Source of the DNA: Pristiophorus japonicus
Taxonomy: Eukaryota
Assembly: GCF_044704955.1 (NCBI RefSeq)
Contig: NC_091998.1
Span: forward strand, 60,078,001 to 60,142,000
Length of the DNA stretch: 64,000 bases
Direction of reading: 5' to 3'
Part shown: positions 39,847-53,390 of the stretch, piece by piece
Position numbering within the stretch: the first letter of the stretch is position 1
Layout: each line of letters opens with the position of its first letter
The notes under the pieces: generated by a model
The model's input: only the letters and a program-made list of their open reading frames with translations
Told to the model about the DNA's origin: nothing
Database searches by the model: none
Program-made: the position numbers and the translations under genes

Positions 39847-42503
39847 CGGACAGAATCCCTGCTGAGGCATTGAAGTATGGCGGAGAGACACTGCTGACGC
39901 GAAAACACGACCTCATTTCTCTCATCTGGAGGGAGGAGAGCATGCCGGGAGATCTCAGAGATGCAGTGATCGTGACCATCTTTAAAAAAGGGGACATAGA
40001 AACATAGAAACATAGAAAATAGGTGCAGGAGCAGGCCATTCAGCCCTTCTAGCCTGCACCGCCATTCAATGAGTTCATGGCTGAACATGAAACTTCAGTA
40101 CCCCATTCCTGCTTTCTCGCCATAACCCTTGATCCCCCGAGTAGTAAGGACTTCATCTAACTCCCTTTTGAATATATTTAGTGAATTGGCCTCAACTACT
40201 TTCTGTGGTACAGAATTCCACAGGTTCACCATTCTCTGGGTGAAGAAGTTTCTCCTCATCTCGGTCCTAAATGGCTTACCCCTTATCCTCAGACTGTGAC
40301 CCCTGGTTCTGGACTTCCCCAACATTGGGAACATTCTTCCTGCATCTAACCTGTCTAAACCCGTCAGCATTTTAAACGTTTCCATGAGGTCCCCTCTCAT
40401 TCTTCTGAACTCCAGTGAATATAAGCCCAGTTGAATCAGTCTTTCTTGATAGGTCAGTCCCGCCATCCCAGGAATCAGTCTGGTGAATCTTCGCTGCACT
40501 CCCTCAATAGCAAGAATGTCCTTCCTCAAGTTAGGAGACCAAAACTGTACACAATACTCCAGGTGTGGCCTCACCAAGGCCCTGTACAACTGTAGCAACA
40601 CCTCCCTGCCCCTGTATTCAAATCCCCTCGCTATGAAGGCCAACATGCCATTTGCTTTCTTAACCGCCTGCTGAACCTGCATGCTAACCTTCAATGACTG
40701 ATGTACCATGACACCCAGGTCTCGTTGCACCTCCCCTTTTCCTAATCTGTCACCATTCAGTTAATAGTCTGTCTCTCTGTTTTTACCACCAAAGTGGATA
40801 ACCTCACATTTATCCACATTATACTTCATCTGCCATGCATTTGCCCACTCACCTAACCTATCCAAGTCACTCTGCAGCCTAATAGCATCCTCCTCGCAGC
40901 TCACACTGCCACCCAACTTAGTGTCATCCGCAAATTTGGAGATACTGCATTTAATCCCCTCGTCTAAATCATTAATGTACAATGTAAACAGCTGGGGCCC
41001 CAGCACAGAACCTTGCGGCACCCCACTAGTCACTGCCTGCCATTCTGAAAAGTACCCGTTTACTCCTACTCTTTGCTTCCTGTCTGACAACCAGTTCTCA
41101 ATCCACGTCAGCACACTACCCCCAAGTTTGACTGCGGCGACTACAGAGGAATCTCCCCGCTATCAGCCACTGGGAAAGTCATCGCTAGAGTCCTCCTTAA
41201 CCATCTTCTTCCCATGGCCGAAGAGCTCCTCCCGGAGTCACAGTGGGGATTTTGTCCCCTACGGGGCACAACGGACATGATTTTTGTAGCGTGACAGCTG
41301 CAGGAAAAATGCAGGGAGCAGCACCAGCCGTTATACATGGCCGCCTTCGACCTTACAAAGGCCTTTGACACTGTCAACCGCGAGGGTCTATGGAGCGTTC
41401 TCCTCCGTTTCGGATGCTCCCAAATGTTCGTCACCATCCTCCGCCTGCTCCACGACAACATGCAGGCCGTGATCCTTACCAATGGATCCATCACAGATTC
41501 AATCCACGTCCGGACCGGGGTCAAACAGGGCTGCATCATTACCCCAACCCTCTTCTCGATCTTTCTCGCCGCCATGCTCCACCTCACAGTCAACAAGCTC
41601 CCCACTGGAGTGGAACTAAACTACAGAACCAGTGGGAAGCTGTTCAACCTGCGCCATCTCCAGGCCAGGTCCAAGACCACCCCAACCTCTGTCGCGAGCG
41701 ACAGTATGTGGATGACGCCTGCATCTTGCGCACATACAGAGGCTGCATTTCAGGACATAGTCGATGTATTTACTGAGGCGTACGAAAGTATGGGCCTTAT
41801 GCTAAACATCCATAAGACAAAGGTCCTCCACCAGCCCGTCCTCACAGCACAGCACTGTCCCCCAGTCATCAAGATCCACGGGGCAGCCCTGGACACCGTG
41901 GACCACTTAACATATCAGCAAGAGCAGTATCGACGACGAGATCCAACACCGCCTCCAGTGCGCCAGTGCAGCCTTTGGCTGCCTGAGGAAAAGAGTGTTT
42001 GAAGACCAGGCCCTCAAAATTGCCACCAAGCTCATGGTCTACAGGGCTGTAGTAATACCTGCCCTCCTGTATGGCTCAGAGACCTGGACCATGTATAGTA
42101 GACACCTCAAGTTGCATCCTCATTCAGGCTAACCTCCCCAGCATTGAAGCACTGAACACTTGATCAGCTCCGCTGGGCAGGCCACATTGTTCGCATGCCA
42201 GACACGAGGCTCCCAAAGCAAGTGCTCGACTCGTATCTCCTTCACGGCAAATGAGCCAAAGGTGGGCAGTGCAAATGCTACAAGGACACCCTCAAAGCCT
42301 CCCTGATAGAGAGCAACATCCCCACTGACACCTGGGAGTCCCTGGCCCAAGACCGCCCTAAGTGGAGGAAGTGCATCTGGGAGGGCGCTGAGCACCTCGA
42401 GTTTCAACGCCGAGAGCATGCAGAAATCAAGCGCAGAAAGCGGAAAGAGCGTGCGGCAAACCTGTCCCACCCACCCCTTCTCTCAATGACTATCTGTCCC
42501 ACA
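39847..42503 (+). mobile_element. RTE-clade LINE split by a CR1 insertion
   Basis: IVTIFKKGD | K.DCG.YRGIS continuous across the CR1; FDLTKAFDTVNR, GVKQGC motifs. Confidence 0.9.
39994..41123 (-). mobile_element. Young 5'-truncated CR1
   Basis: Near-identical to the copies at 1-930 and 30900-31881; (catagaaa)n tail; one stop at 40761. Confidence 0.95.
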
Positions 42504-43479
42504 GAAAGCAGTTAGTCATGATTGTCTAAATGCAAAGAATAAGAGTTCAAAGGTTTTTTGGATATAAAAGATGGAATTGTCTTTTGTCACACAGACTCTT
42601 ATGGACTGTAGAGACACTAGAATCTCGAAAGGTGTGTAACTTCTTGGAGATCTGCCTTTGCAAGCAGAGGGTTGGCTTGTGAATGTCTGAATGTCTAATT
42701 AAAAGACCCAATCTGGCCTTTACTACAACTGATTGGGTGTAATTTGACATTTCAACCAACGAAGCGAAAAGAGCAAGACAGCCATTTACAACAGTAACCT
42801 CCACAGTTCATGTTATTTCCTATTGACTGCTAAATGTGAATGTTGAGTAATTATAACACAGAACTTACCAGAAACATGAAGCTGTGTTACAGGATAGTAG
42901 CTGAAGTTATTCTTGTCAAATTCTATTCTGAAATACATCTTCCTGTGTGATGTCATTTATAATCAGTGAACAGTCGCCATCTTTCAGCTCTCTAGACAGC
43001 CAGGTCCGATGGTGTAACCTTTCTGACTCGTGATTGTGATCCGTGGAGTGAGAGGCTATAGACGATGATATCCATTACTTGTTATTAAACCAGATTCCAG
43101 CTTGAGAATCATTTGCCAATCTCAATGGATAACTGTAATGACATGGAATCTGTGCGCACAAACCTTCCTGTGCTGTCACATCTCGTGGACACTCTTCTGA
43201 TAATACAACTAAGGAGGAAAATATCAATATTTAGCACTGCATGGCTTGTAGACCCACAAGACTTGATATTCACTCCTCTGTCACTGGCGTATTGAGGCTG
43301 CAGTGTGTACCATTGACAGGACAAACAAGGAACTCACCAAGGTTACTCAATGAATGGAAGGGAATCATGGACGCGGGAGTGGAAAAGTTAATTTTATATT
43401 CTCACGGACCTAAGAACCCTGTTAAGTGAAGCAAGTCTCCTACCCAACACACTACCTACCAGACATGCCAATGGAGATA

Positions 43480-44330
43480 TCATAGAATCATAGAATGGTT
43501 ACAGCACGGAATGAGGCGATTCGGCCCGTTGAGCCCGTGCCGGTTCTCTGCAAGAGCACTTCAGCCGATCCCATTCCCCCGCCTTTTCCCAGTAGCCCTG
43601 CAATTTCTTTTCCTTCAGCTACTTATCCAATACCATTTGAAAGCAGTGATTGAGTCTGCCTCCACCACCCTTTCAGGCAGTGCATCCAGATCCTAACCAC
43701 TCGCTGCGTAAGAAAGTTGTTCCTCATGTCACCTTTTGCCAATCAGCCTAAATCTCTGTCCTCTGGTTCTCGACCTCTCCACCAATGGGAGCAGTTTCTC
43801 TCTATTTACTCTGTCTAGACCCCCCATGATTCTGAACACCTCGATCAAATCTCCTTTTAGCCTTCTCTGCTCTAAGGAGAACAAGCCCAGCTTCTCTAGT
43901 CTATCCACGTAACTGAAGTTCCTCATCCTGGAACTATTCTCGTAAATCTTTTCTGCACATTGTCTAAAGACTTCACATCCTTCCTAAAGTGTGGTGCCCA
44001 GAATTGGACACAATACTCCAGTTGAGGCCTGTCTCTATTTATGTAACCCAGCAATCTGTAAGCTTTTTAACCAGTTTCTCAACCTGCCCTGCCAACTTCA
44101 ACGGTCTGTGCATATACCCCCAGGTCTTTCCGTTCATATACCCCCTTTAGTTTATATTGTCTCTCCTCGTTCTTCCTACCAAAATGTATCACTTTGCACT
44201 GTTCTGCGTTAAATTTCATCTGCCACATGTCCGCCCATTTCACCAGCCTGTTTATGTCTCCCTGAAGTCTACTGTTCACTGTACAGCCAAGTTTTGTTTC
44301 ATCTGCAAATTTTGCAATTGTGCTCAGTAC
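43480..44330 (-). mobile_element. CR1 3' fragment
   Basis: LGLFSLEQRRLKGDLIEVF; catagaatcatagaat tail. Confidence 0.85.
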
Positions 44331-44995
44331 TTACAAGTCCTTAATATATATCTATATATATATATACAAAAATATATTCTGTGCTGATTACAATGCAGGA
44401 AAAATGGATTGGAAACCATCAGAACTCACGCCATTTACTCCATCGCGAGTCACTGATTAACCAAACCTTCTTGTTTGGTCTGCAACCCATCTGATTGTCT
44501 TAGCTGATTCAGTCTCCTTGATGCACTTTAATCCTCATTGGCTGAATAATCAGTTTGGACCCACAACAACAACAACTTTTATTTATATAGCGCATTTAAT
44601 TTAGGTAAACGTCCCAAGGCACTTCACAGGAGTATAATGCGCTAAAAAATTTGACACCGAGCCGCATAAGTAGAAATTAACGCAGGTGACCAAAAGCTTG
44701 GTCAAAGAGGTATGTGTTAAGGAGCGCTTTGTAGGAGGAAAGAGAGCATGGCGCCTAGGCAACAGAAGGCACGGTTACCAATGGTTGAGCGATTACAATG
44801 AGGGATGCTCAGGAGGGCAGAATTAGTGAAGCGCAGACATCTCGGGGGAGCTGTGGGGCTGGAGGAGATTACAGAGATAGGGAGGGGCGAGGCCGTGGAG
44901 GGATTTGAAAATAAGGATAAGAATTTCCTCACTGTCTAAGGAAACACTTTGGATACAAAACCAATATTGTTGTAGGTTGATTCCAATGCCGCATT

Positions 44996-45499
44996 GTAGA
45001 CTGACTGGTCCCCAGCTCAGCACGGGCCCTGCTCCAGCATCGTAGACTGACTGGTCCCCAGCTCAACACGGGCCCTGCTCCAGCATCGTAGACTGACTGG
45101 TCCCCAGCTCAACGCGGGCCCTGCTCCAGCATCGTAGACTGACTGGTCCCCAGCTCAGCAAGGGCCCTGCTGCAGCATCGTAGACTGACTGGTCCCCAGC
45201 TCAGCACGGGCCCTGCTCCAGCATCGTAGACTGACTGGTCCCCAGCTCAGCAAGGGCCCTGCTCCAGCATCGTAGACTGACTGGTCCCCAGCTCAACACG
45301 GGCCCTGCTCCAGCATCGTAGACTGACTGGTCCCCAGCTCAACGCGGGCCCTGCTCCAGCATCGTAGACTGACTGGTCCCCAGCTCAACGCGGGCCCTGC
45401 TCCAGCATCGTAGACTGACTGGTCCCCAGCTCAACGCGGGCCCTGCTCCAGCATCGTAGACTGACTGGTCCCCAGCTCAGCAAGGGCCCTGCTGCAGCA
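44996..45499. repeat. 46-bp minisatellite, 11 copies (last incomplete)
   Basis: Unit gtagactgactggtccccagctca(g/a)c(a/g)(c/a)gggccctgct(c/g)cagcatc starts every 46 nt from 44996 to 45456; no spacers. Confidence 0.95.
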
Positions 45500-48059
45500 G
45501 ACACTTTGAAGCACAGCAGCAAAGCGGCTCCAGCCTGAACTCTGAACATGTCGGAGGGGTTCATGACTTTCACAGATGGTGTCACTGATGGCAAACGCCT
45601 CTGGTTCCCCGTTCTTCCCCAATATTAATGATTTCAGCTGGAAAGTTACTGAGTTTCTGATAAGGAGCATAAATCATCGAGTCTTATAGCACAGGAGGCC
45701 ATTCGGCACATCGTGCATGTGCTGGGTCTTTGAAGGACCTTTACAATCATCCCCACTTCCCGTTTTTCCCCATCACCCTGCAGTGCTTATTATGCTGCAA
45801 GCCACGGGGAGTTGGGGAGAAATTTTTATTACACAGCAAATTGTTATAATCTGGATTGCGCTGCCTGAAAGGGTTGCGGAAGAAGATTCAATATTAACTT
45901 TCCGAAGGGAATTGGATAAACACTTGAAGGGGAAATTTTGCAGGGCTATGGGGGAAGAGTGGGGAAATGAGACTAGTTGGATTGCTCCACCAAAGAGTCG
46001 ACACAGGCACAATGGGCCGAATGGCCTCCATCTCTGCTCTATCAGTCCGTAGTGCCCATTTCCTTCTGTTTAGCCCAGTAAAAGCAACTATTTCTCAGCG
46101 ATCTTTTGGGCCTTGCATCAGCCCAGCGAAGTGCATGCTAGGTGCCGAAACTCGGACTGGGCTTTGTGTGGGCGATCAGTTCGGCGATCATTTCGGCAAA
46201 GTGAGCCGAAACTTGGGCACTTGTTTTTTCAGCGATGTTTTGGGCCTAGTGTCCACTTTTTCCTCAAAATGGGCGATAGAGGTCTGTTTTGGGCGATAGC
46301 CGGGCCTTAGATGGGCGATGTGAAGTGGAAAGTCTAGCCCATTCTATGACATTTAACTGCAGAGCAGATCACAGTCAAACAGAGAAGCTCTGTACATTTC
46401 ACACCTTTATACATTTCCTGGTTTACCTTCTTTCTATTTTGCAGTTACTTTGTCCCCTTATCATGGTTGCTATCATGGTGACAATAGACAGGAAGTGCGA
46501 GGGCTGAGCTGCCTGTCTATTCTCAGTGCTGCTATGTTGCCTTCATGGGAACTTCTTACTAAAATCAGCAAAAGACACACATTTCAGAACTTTGTTATCA
46601 GACCTCAAGCATCGGGAGAGATTGCTTTCCCCGTTTTGATCCCCTTCTTCCCTCAACCCATTGCCCCCTGTGCTCATTGTGCTACATTGGCTCCCATTCT
46701 GGCAATGCCTCGAATTTAAAATCTTCTTTGTCGATTTTGTCCCGCCGATGCCTCATCACCCTTCCCCATATCTGTGTAACCTCCTCCAGCCCTACAATCC
46801 TCTGTAATCTCTGCGCTCCTCCAATACTGCCCAGGAACGCTCTGTAATCTCTGCGCTCCTCCAATACTGCCCTGAATGCTTTTCCAATTCCCTTCTGAAA
46901 GTGAATCTTCTTCCATCATCCACACAGGCAAAGCATTCCCCATCACAACAACTCACTGCATAATAAGGATTCTCCTCATGTCCCCTTGGCTTGGAGCACA
47001 ATCAACACTGAGCAGTCAGCCTAAGTTTTAGTTTACACTTCGAGTTGCTGTGATCTGGAATGTACGGCCTGACAGGGCGGTGGAAGCAGCTTCAATATAA
47101 ACTTTCAAAACTCAATTGCATAAATACTTGAAGGGAAAAAAATTATAGATCTTTGGGGAAAGAGCAGCGTAGTGAGATTAATTGGGTGGAATGGCCTCCT
47201 TCAGTGCTGTAAGATTCAATGATTCTATGAAATTTAAAGCACTGCATATTTGAGCCGATTATACATTTTCTGGTTTGCCTTCTTTCCATCTTTCAGATAT
47301 TTGCCTCCTTATGGTTGCTATGGCAGTGAGAATTGGCAGGAAGTGTGAGGACTGAACTGCCTATCTATTCTAAGTGCTGATGTGCTACTTCATGTCGATA
47401 TCTCACTAAAATCAGCAAAAGACACACAATTTTAAGCCTTTGTAGCAGCAGAACAGGTTTTGTAACCCAGTTTTTAATCCCCCTTCTCTCCTCATCCCAT
47501 TACCCCCTGTGCTCAGTGTGCTGCATTGACTCCCGGTCTGGCAACACCTCGAATTTAAAAACTTCACACTCGATTTCAAATCCCTCTGTGGCTTTGCTCC
47601 TCTCCCTATCTCTGTAACCTCCACCAGCCCGGCAACCCGCACTGACCTCTCTGCTCCTCCAATTGTTGCCGGACTGGTAGCCAATGTATGTCAGCGAGTA
47701 CAGGGTGATTTGATGAACGGACTTGGTGCAAGTTCGTGCATTGGGTCACTGCTGAATTTGGTTCCCAATCCTAGCTCAATACGAATCATCTTTTGCAAAG
47801 ACTATTAGCCCAGACCTATTTATGGATAACGATGATATTACCTTGGAGAAGTGGCAGGAGAAAGTAACATTTCCTGATCATTGCCACTCCCATATATTTC
47901 ATCAACTTCTCACTCTCAACGTCTGAAAGTTTCAGACACTGAGACCTCACCTCTTGCCCGACAGCTCTGAAGAGATCAAAACTGCTTTTAGACAATTTTT
48001 CACGGAATCATTTGATTCTCTGTGGGATGATAGGTGCTCTGTAGTGAGTTGCAAGGCTT

Positions 48060-49425
48060 TAAGGAAACTATAGACCAGTTAGCCTAACATCTGTCATTGG
48101 GAAAATGCTGGAGTCCATCATTAAGGAAGTAGTTTCAGGACATTTAGAAAAACATAATGCAGTCAAGCAGAGTCAGCATGGTTTTATGAAAGGGAAATCA
48201 TGTTTGACAAATTTGCTGGAGTTCTTTGAAAATGTAACGAGCAGAGTGGATAAAGGGGAACCAGTAGATGTCTTGTATTTGGATTTCCAGAAAGCATTCG
48301 ATAAGGTGCCACATAAAAGGTTACAGTACAAAATAAGAGCTCAAGGAGTTGGGGTTAATATATTAGTTAGCCAATTCTCTATCCATGCTAACAGAAAACA
48401 GAGAGTCGGGATAAATGGGTCATTTTCAGGTTGGCAATCAGTAACTAGTGGGGTGCCACAGGGATTAGTGCTGGGGCCTGAACCATTTACAATGAATATG
48501 AATGACTTGGATAAAGGGACCGAGTGTAATTGCTGATGATACAAAGATGGATGGGAAAGCAAGTTGTGAGGAGGATGCAAAGAATCTGCAAAGGGATATA
48601 GACAGGCTAAGTGAGTGGGCAAACATTTGGCAGATGGAGTGTATTGTGGGAAAATGTGAGGTTATCCACTTTGGTAGGAAAAATAAAAAAACAGGTTATT
48701 ATTTAAATGGGGAGAGATTACAAAATGCTGAGGTAGAGGGATCTGGGGGTCCTTGTACATGAAACACAAAAGGTTAGCATGCAGGTACAGCAAGTAATCA
48801 GGAAGGCAAATGAAATACTGGCCTATATAGCAAGGTGGATGGAGTATAAAAGTAGGGAAGGTTGTTGGTAAAACCACACGTGGAGTAAAGTGTACGGTTT
48901 TGGTTTCCTTATTTAAGGAAGGATATTCTTGCATTGGAGGCAGTTCAGAGAAGGTTCACGAGGTTGATTCCGGAGATGAAGGGGTTGTCATATGAAGGAT
49001 GGTTGAGCAGGTTGGGCCGATACTCATTGGAGTTTAGAAGACTGAGAAGTGATCTTATTGAAACGTATTCTGAGGGGGATTGACGGTAGATGCAGAGAGG
49101 TTGTTTCCCCTCGTGGGGGAACCTATAACTAGGGGGCATAGTTTTAGAATAAGGGGCTGCCCATTTATAACTGAGATGAGGAGGAATTTCTTCTCTTAAA
49201 GGGTCATGAATCTTTGGAATTCTCTACATCAGAGAGCTGTGGAGGCCGGGTCATTGAATATATTTATGGTGGAGACAAACAGATTTTTTAATGATAAGGG
49301 AGTTAAGGATTATGGGGAACGGAGTGGGAAGTGGAGTTGAGGCCAGGATCAGATCAGCTGTGATCTTATTGAATGGCGGAGCAGGCTCGAGGGGCCGAAT
49401 GGCCTCCTGCTCCTATTTCTTATGT
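48060..49425 (+). mobile_element. CR1 RT-to-3' end fragment
   Basis: QHGFMKGKSCLTNL, DFQKAFDKVPH, ADDTK motifs; short inverted segment at ~48366-48390. Confidence 0.9.
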
Positions 49426-49829
49426 AAGAAAGAAAAACAAAGAAAGACTTGCATGTCTATAACCTTTCACTACCTCAGGCTGTCCCAAAGCGCTTTGTGG
49501 CCAATGAAGTACGTTTGAAGTGTAGTCACTGTTATAATGTGAGAAACACGGCAGCAAGATTGTGCACAGCAACAGTCCACAAACTTCAATGAGATAAATT
49601 GCCAGGCAATCTATTCCTGATTTTTCTGACACGTGCTGCTTGGGCCGAATATTCAATTAGAAAGCGTTGACTTGACATTTAGAGTCAAATGACGAAATGG
49701 GGAACAAGTGAGAAAACATCACTAAGTCTTAACGCTATAAGAAAACTGTTAACCCTTTGTGTCCTGACACTGTGACGATATTTTTGCTCAAAGCTGGGCA
49801 GCCGTTGACATGGCGTTTCTACCATGGCT

Positions 49830-50307
49830 CGGAGGGTTTAGCACTCTCTCTTTCTTGCTCTCACTCTCTCCCTCTCTTTCTCACCTCTGTTGGAAGGTCG
49901 CAGGTTCAAGTCCCCATTCCAGAGGCTTGAGCCCTATAATCCAGGCCGTCACTCCCAATGCAGTACTGAGGGAGCGCTGCATTGTTGGAGGTGCAGTCTT
50001 ATAGATGAGACGTTAAACCAAGGCCCATCTGCCTTCTCAGGTGGACGTAAAAGATCCCATGGTCACTATTTCGAAGAAGAGCAGGGGATGTTATCTTTGG
50101 CGTCTTGGGGTCAATATTTATTTATCCTGCAATCAACATCACTAAAAAACAGATTATCTGCTCATTATCGCCTTGCTGTTTGTGGGATCTTGCTGTGCGC
50201 AAATTGTCTGCCACCTTTCCTACATTACATCAGTGACAACACTTCAAAAAGTACTTCATTGGCTGTGGAGCGCTTTGGAACATCCTGAAGCTGTGAAAGG
50301 CGCTGTA
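49830..50307 (+). mobile_element. Near full-length Deu-domain SINE (SacSINE1/AmnSINE1-like)
   Basis: ggttcaagtcc B box; core gatgagacgttaaacc...ctcaggtggacgtaaaagatcccatgg; L2-like 3' end; a single copy of the 33-bp unit. Confidence 0.8.
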
Positions 50308-52144
50308 TCAGTGCGGGGTGATATTGAATGCTCAGTCTACAGGGAATGGGACATTCTATGTGGACCCTCTCTCTCCATCTGAAGGAACAGATGGTGCCCA
50401 GGGCTCAAATCCTTGGGACATTCAACCCTTTACATAAAATGGAGAAATCTGGTGCAAACACTAATCTGGTTCATGGATACTCCTGCATGCATACGCCCTT
50501 GTGCACAGACACTCTCGCTCACAAGCACACACTCTCACTGTCCTCAGTCTTTTACACACACAATTACAGGAAAGATGTGATTGCACTGGTGAAGGTGCAG
50601 AGGAGACTTACGAGAATGTTGCCAGGATTGGAGAATTTTAGCTATGTGGAAGGATTGGGTAGGCTGGGGCTCATCCTTTGGAACAGAGGAGGCTGAAACC
50701 CTCATCACATTTCAAAAGTACTTGGATATGCATTTGAATGGCTGTGATCTACAACACTATGGACCAAGAGGTGGAACATTGAATGAAGGTGGGTAGATCT
50801 TTTATGGCTGGCACAGACACGATGGGCCAAATGGCCGCCTCCTGTGCCGTAAATTTCTACAATCTCATTCACACAGTTACTACCCTCTCACTTACCTTAA
50901 CTCACATTCTGATTCACACACTCACTATCTTTCTCACATTGTAACACACCCATTGATTCACACTCACTATCCTTCTCTCACATTCCCCTACACACACACA
51001 CACACTTTCAATCATGTTTTCTCTCAGGAGACAGTCTCCCGAGTCAAGAGAGGGTAATGTGAGAGAGTGGAGACTGTGAAAGAGGGAGAGAGAGGTTGAG
51101 CATAAGGAGAGAAAGGAGAGTGTGAATGAGAGAGGGAAAGAGGAAAGGAACGGGAGAGACAGGCAGGAGAGCAATCCTAATTACAAGACCATGGCTGGAA
51201 TAAAACAGGTCAAAGGCCACTTTGCGGGCTCGCTTCACAATGTCTTGTTGGTTCTCTAGCGTAGCTGCGGACTGTAAGAACGTGTGTCTCCCTGTTACTG
51301 TACTGTGCGTAAGCAGACAATGTGGTGCTGGGCTCGGGGTCAGCTTGGCTCGCTCAGCCGCACTCTGGCCTCTGACCCGAGCCTGACCTTCCCTGTGGGT
51401 AGAGCCAGCGATGGGGATTGGGGAGAAGGAGGAGATTGACCCCGCGGTTCCCCATTATCTCCGGCCACACCTGCTGTTCCAGCGACACTGGCGGCCCTTC
51501 CATAGTTGTCCTGTGCAGCCGCTCTCCGTGTGTCCGAGCAGTGAGTGTGAGCGGGGCCGAGCAATGGGACAGGGCGGCCTCACAGGCTGGCCCGGCCCAC
51601 AAGTTGCAGGGAAGGAAAGATTTCCCCAATCCTCGGTCTTAACATTGCAAACACAATCAGGCGGTTCCCCATGGTCCCGGTGTTTGAAGAAGATTGTAAA
51701 CATAACAGGAAGATTACCTCTGGCCCCTGAGTGTTCGGAATATCATGAACAAAGTGGCAAGATTTCCACTGAAATGCAAAACTGTGAAATTATAGTGCCA
51801 CCACTGCTCGGAGAGTGTAATTACAGAGTGACATGTTGACATAGGAAGTTGCCATTGTAAATATGGACAAAGGTATTTACATAATGGGAGTGGGGAAGGT
51901 AAATGTAACAACAGGAAGAAATGTTTTGGAGACACAAATTGTGCACAGATGCGAGAGCTTTATTATAGATATATCTGCACATAACTGATCATTTAAATCC
52001 CTTGTGTTTAAAAAATATATATAACCAATATACTGGCAATCTTTCACAGCATAAAAAAGGTGCAATAATCAGAAAGAACGTATCCGACATCAAAGTCGGC
52101 CACACAGCTGAGCTGGGGCACACCAGGTTCAAAGGGCATGTATA

Positions 52145-52169
52145 TTTATTGGCATGCAACGTATTTATT
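52145..52169 (-). terminator. Candidate poly(A) signals of Siglec gene A
   Basis: Two minus-strand AATAAA (tttatt at 52145-52150 and 52164-52169), ~1 kb past the stop. Confidence 0.45.
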
Positions 52170-53147
52170 ACCCACATGCTTTACACCCACTCCGTTGTTC
52201 CATTCTGACTCTGCGCAAATTACAACAACTTGCATTTATATAGCGCCTTTCAGGTAATAAAACGTCCCAAGGCATTTCACAAGAGGATAAATCAGACAAA
52301 AAATAGACACCGAGCCACAGAAGCTGGGTCAAAGAGGTAGTTTTCACGGAGAATCTTAAAGAATGAGAATGTGAGGCGGGGAGGTTTAAGGAGGTAATTT
52401 CAGAGCTTAGGGCCTAGGCGGTTGAAGGCTCAGCCGCAAATGGTGGAATGCAGGAAATCGGGGGTTCATGGCTGAAGTGAATCACGGAGAGCAGGAGCAA
52501 TCAAGCCCTGGTATTGGATCCAGGTCACGGAGTGTGGTCACAAATCTTGGAGTTATTCACGAGGCGGAGAGATTGTGTGACGAAGAATCCCGGGAGTATA
52601 TGGAATGTTTAGCTCAATGAGTCGAATGGTCTCTCTCATCTGCACTTCCAACATAAAATACACACTGACCAGATGTTCAGGGAGAAGGGCTGAATAGGGA
52701 AAGGGGCAGGGTATTGGGACTGAGAGGGTCACTCTTACACAGAGCTAGAACAGGGGGAGATGGGCCGATTGGGCGAAAGGGTGCAAGAACAGGACTAAGT
52801 GGATCGTTGTTCAAATGCGATGAGTCAAATGGCCTGTAGAATTCCCTGACTACGCAGAGAACTCGTAGCACCGACTCCACCCAACACATTTGATGATTGT
52901 GGATGAGAGATGTTTGTGCGGAGAGAGGCGGGCCTTTGAATCTCTTGCCCCAATGGGTCAGCATCAAGTTGTCCCAGGTCAAGCATTTAATCCCAATCAC
53001 GTCAAGCGCAAAACCTTTCAGTCCTGTCCCTCCTCCCAACATCTCCCCAGCAGGTTGTCTGTTGTTACCAGGAAAATCAAACCCTCCCTCGCCCTGATTC
53101 TTACCCCTCCCCCCCTCCCCCCCCCCCTCCCCGTTTCACTCTCAGTT

Positions 53148-53390
53148 TCACTGCAATCTGATCTGTGCGTATTCTGTGTCCTCGCCCCTGTGGACAGTCC
53201 CGTCACCGCTGGGCAGCATCAAGAAGTTGATGTTGGCATACAGAAGGTCCTCATGCATGGCAGGTTGTCCATGTCCAGCATCTCCTACCGCCGGACCCTC
53301 AGAGAGATCCTGGGGAGCTGGTGTCTTCGGCTCGCTGGCTATGGCACTGGTTGTGTTCCGCGGGTCAACAACCACCGCGCTCTGTGGATC
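53148..53390 (-). CDS. Siglec/CD22-like gene A, last exon with ITIM and ITSM-like motifs
   Basis: Acceptor ccattttctttgtag; phase 0; ...EDLLYANINF...DTEYAQIRLQ-TGA. Confidence 0.9.
   Translation of the reverse strand, partial: DPQSAVVVDPRNTTSAIASEPKTPAPQDLSEGPAVGDAGHGQPAMHEDLLYANINFLMLPSGDGTVHRGEDTEYAQIRLQ

Larger units (their letters stand above)
36784..43368 (-). pseudogene. Siglec-like pseudogene (gene B): leader, V-set, truncated C2, disrupted C2
   Basis: Leader 43368-43338 (MIPFHSLSNL, gtgagt donor). V exon 43208-42869 VTAQEGLCAQIPCHYSYP...GIWF...DCSLIINDITQED...YFRIE...FSY, with TAA at 43075-43077 and a frameshift. D2 39201-~39087 (DFTDKP...SCTFNNTCNGTAPVLTW) is cut off. D3 38169-36784 is broken by a SINE and an L2. 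Confidence 0.88.

Noticed and set aside
44996-45499. CRISPR-like regular array
   Set aside because: Units are contiguous with no unique spacers, there are no cas genes, and the context is vertebrate.
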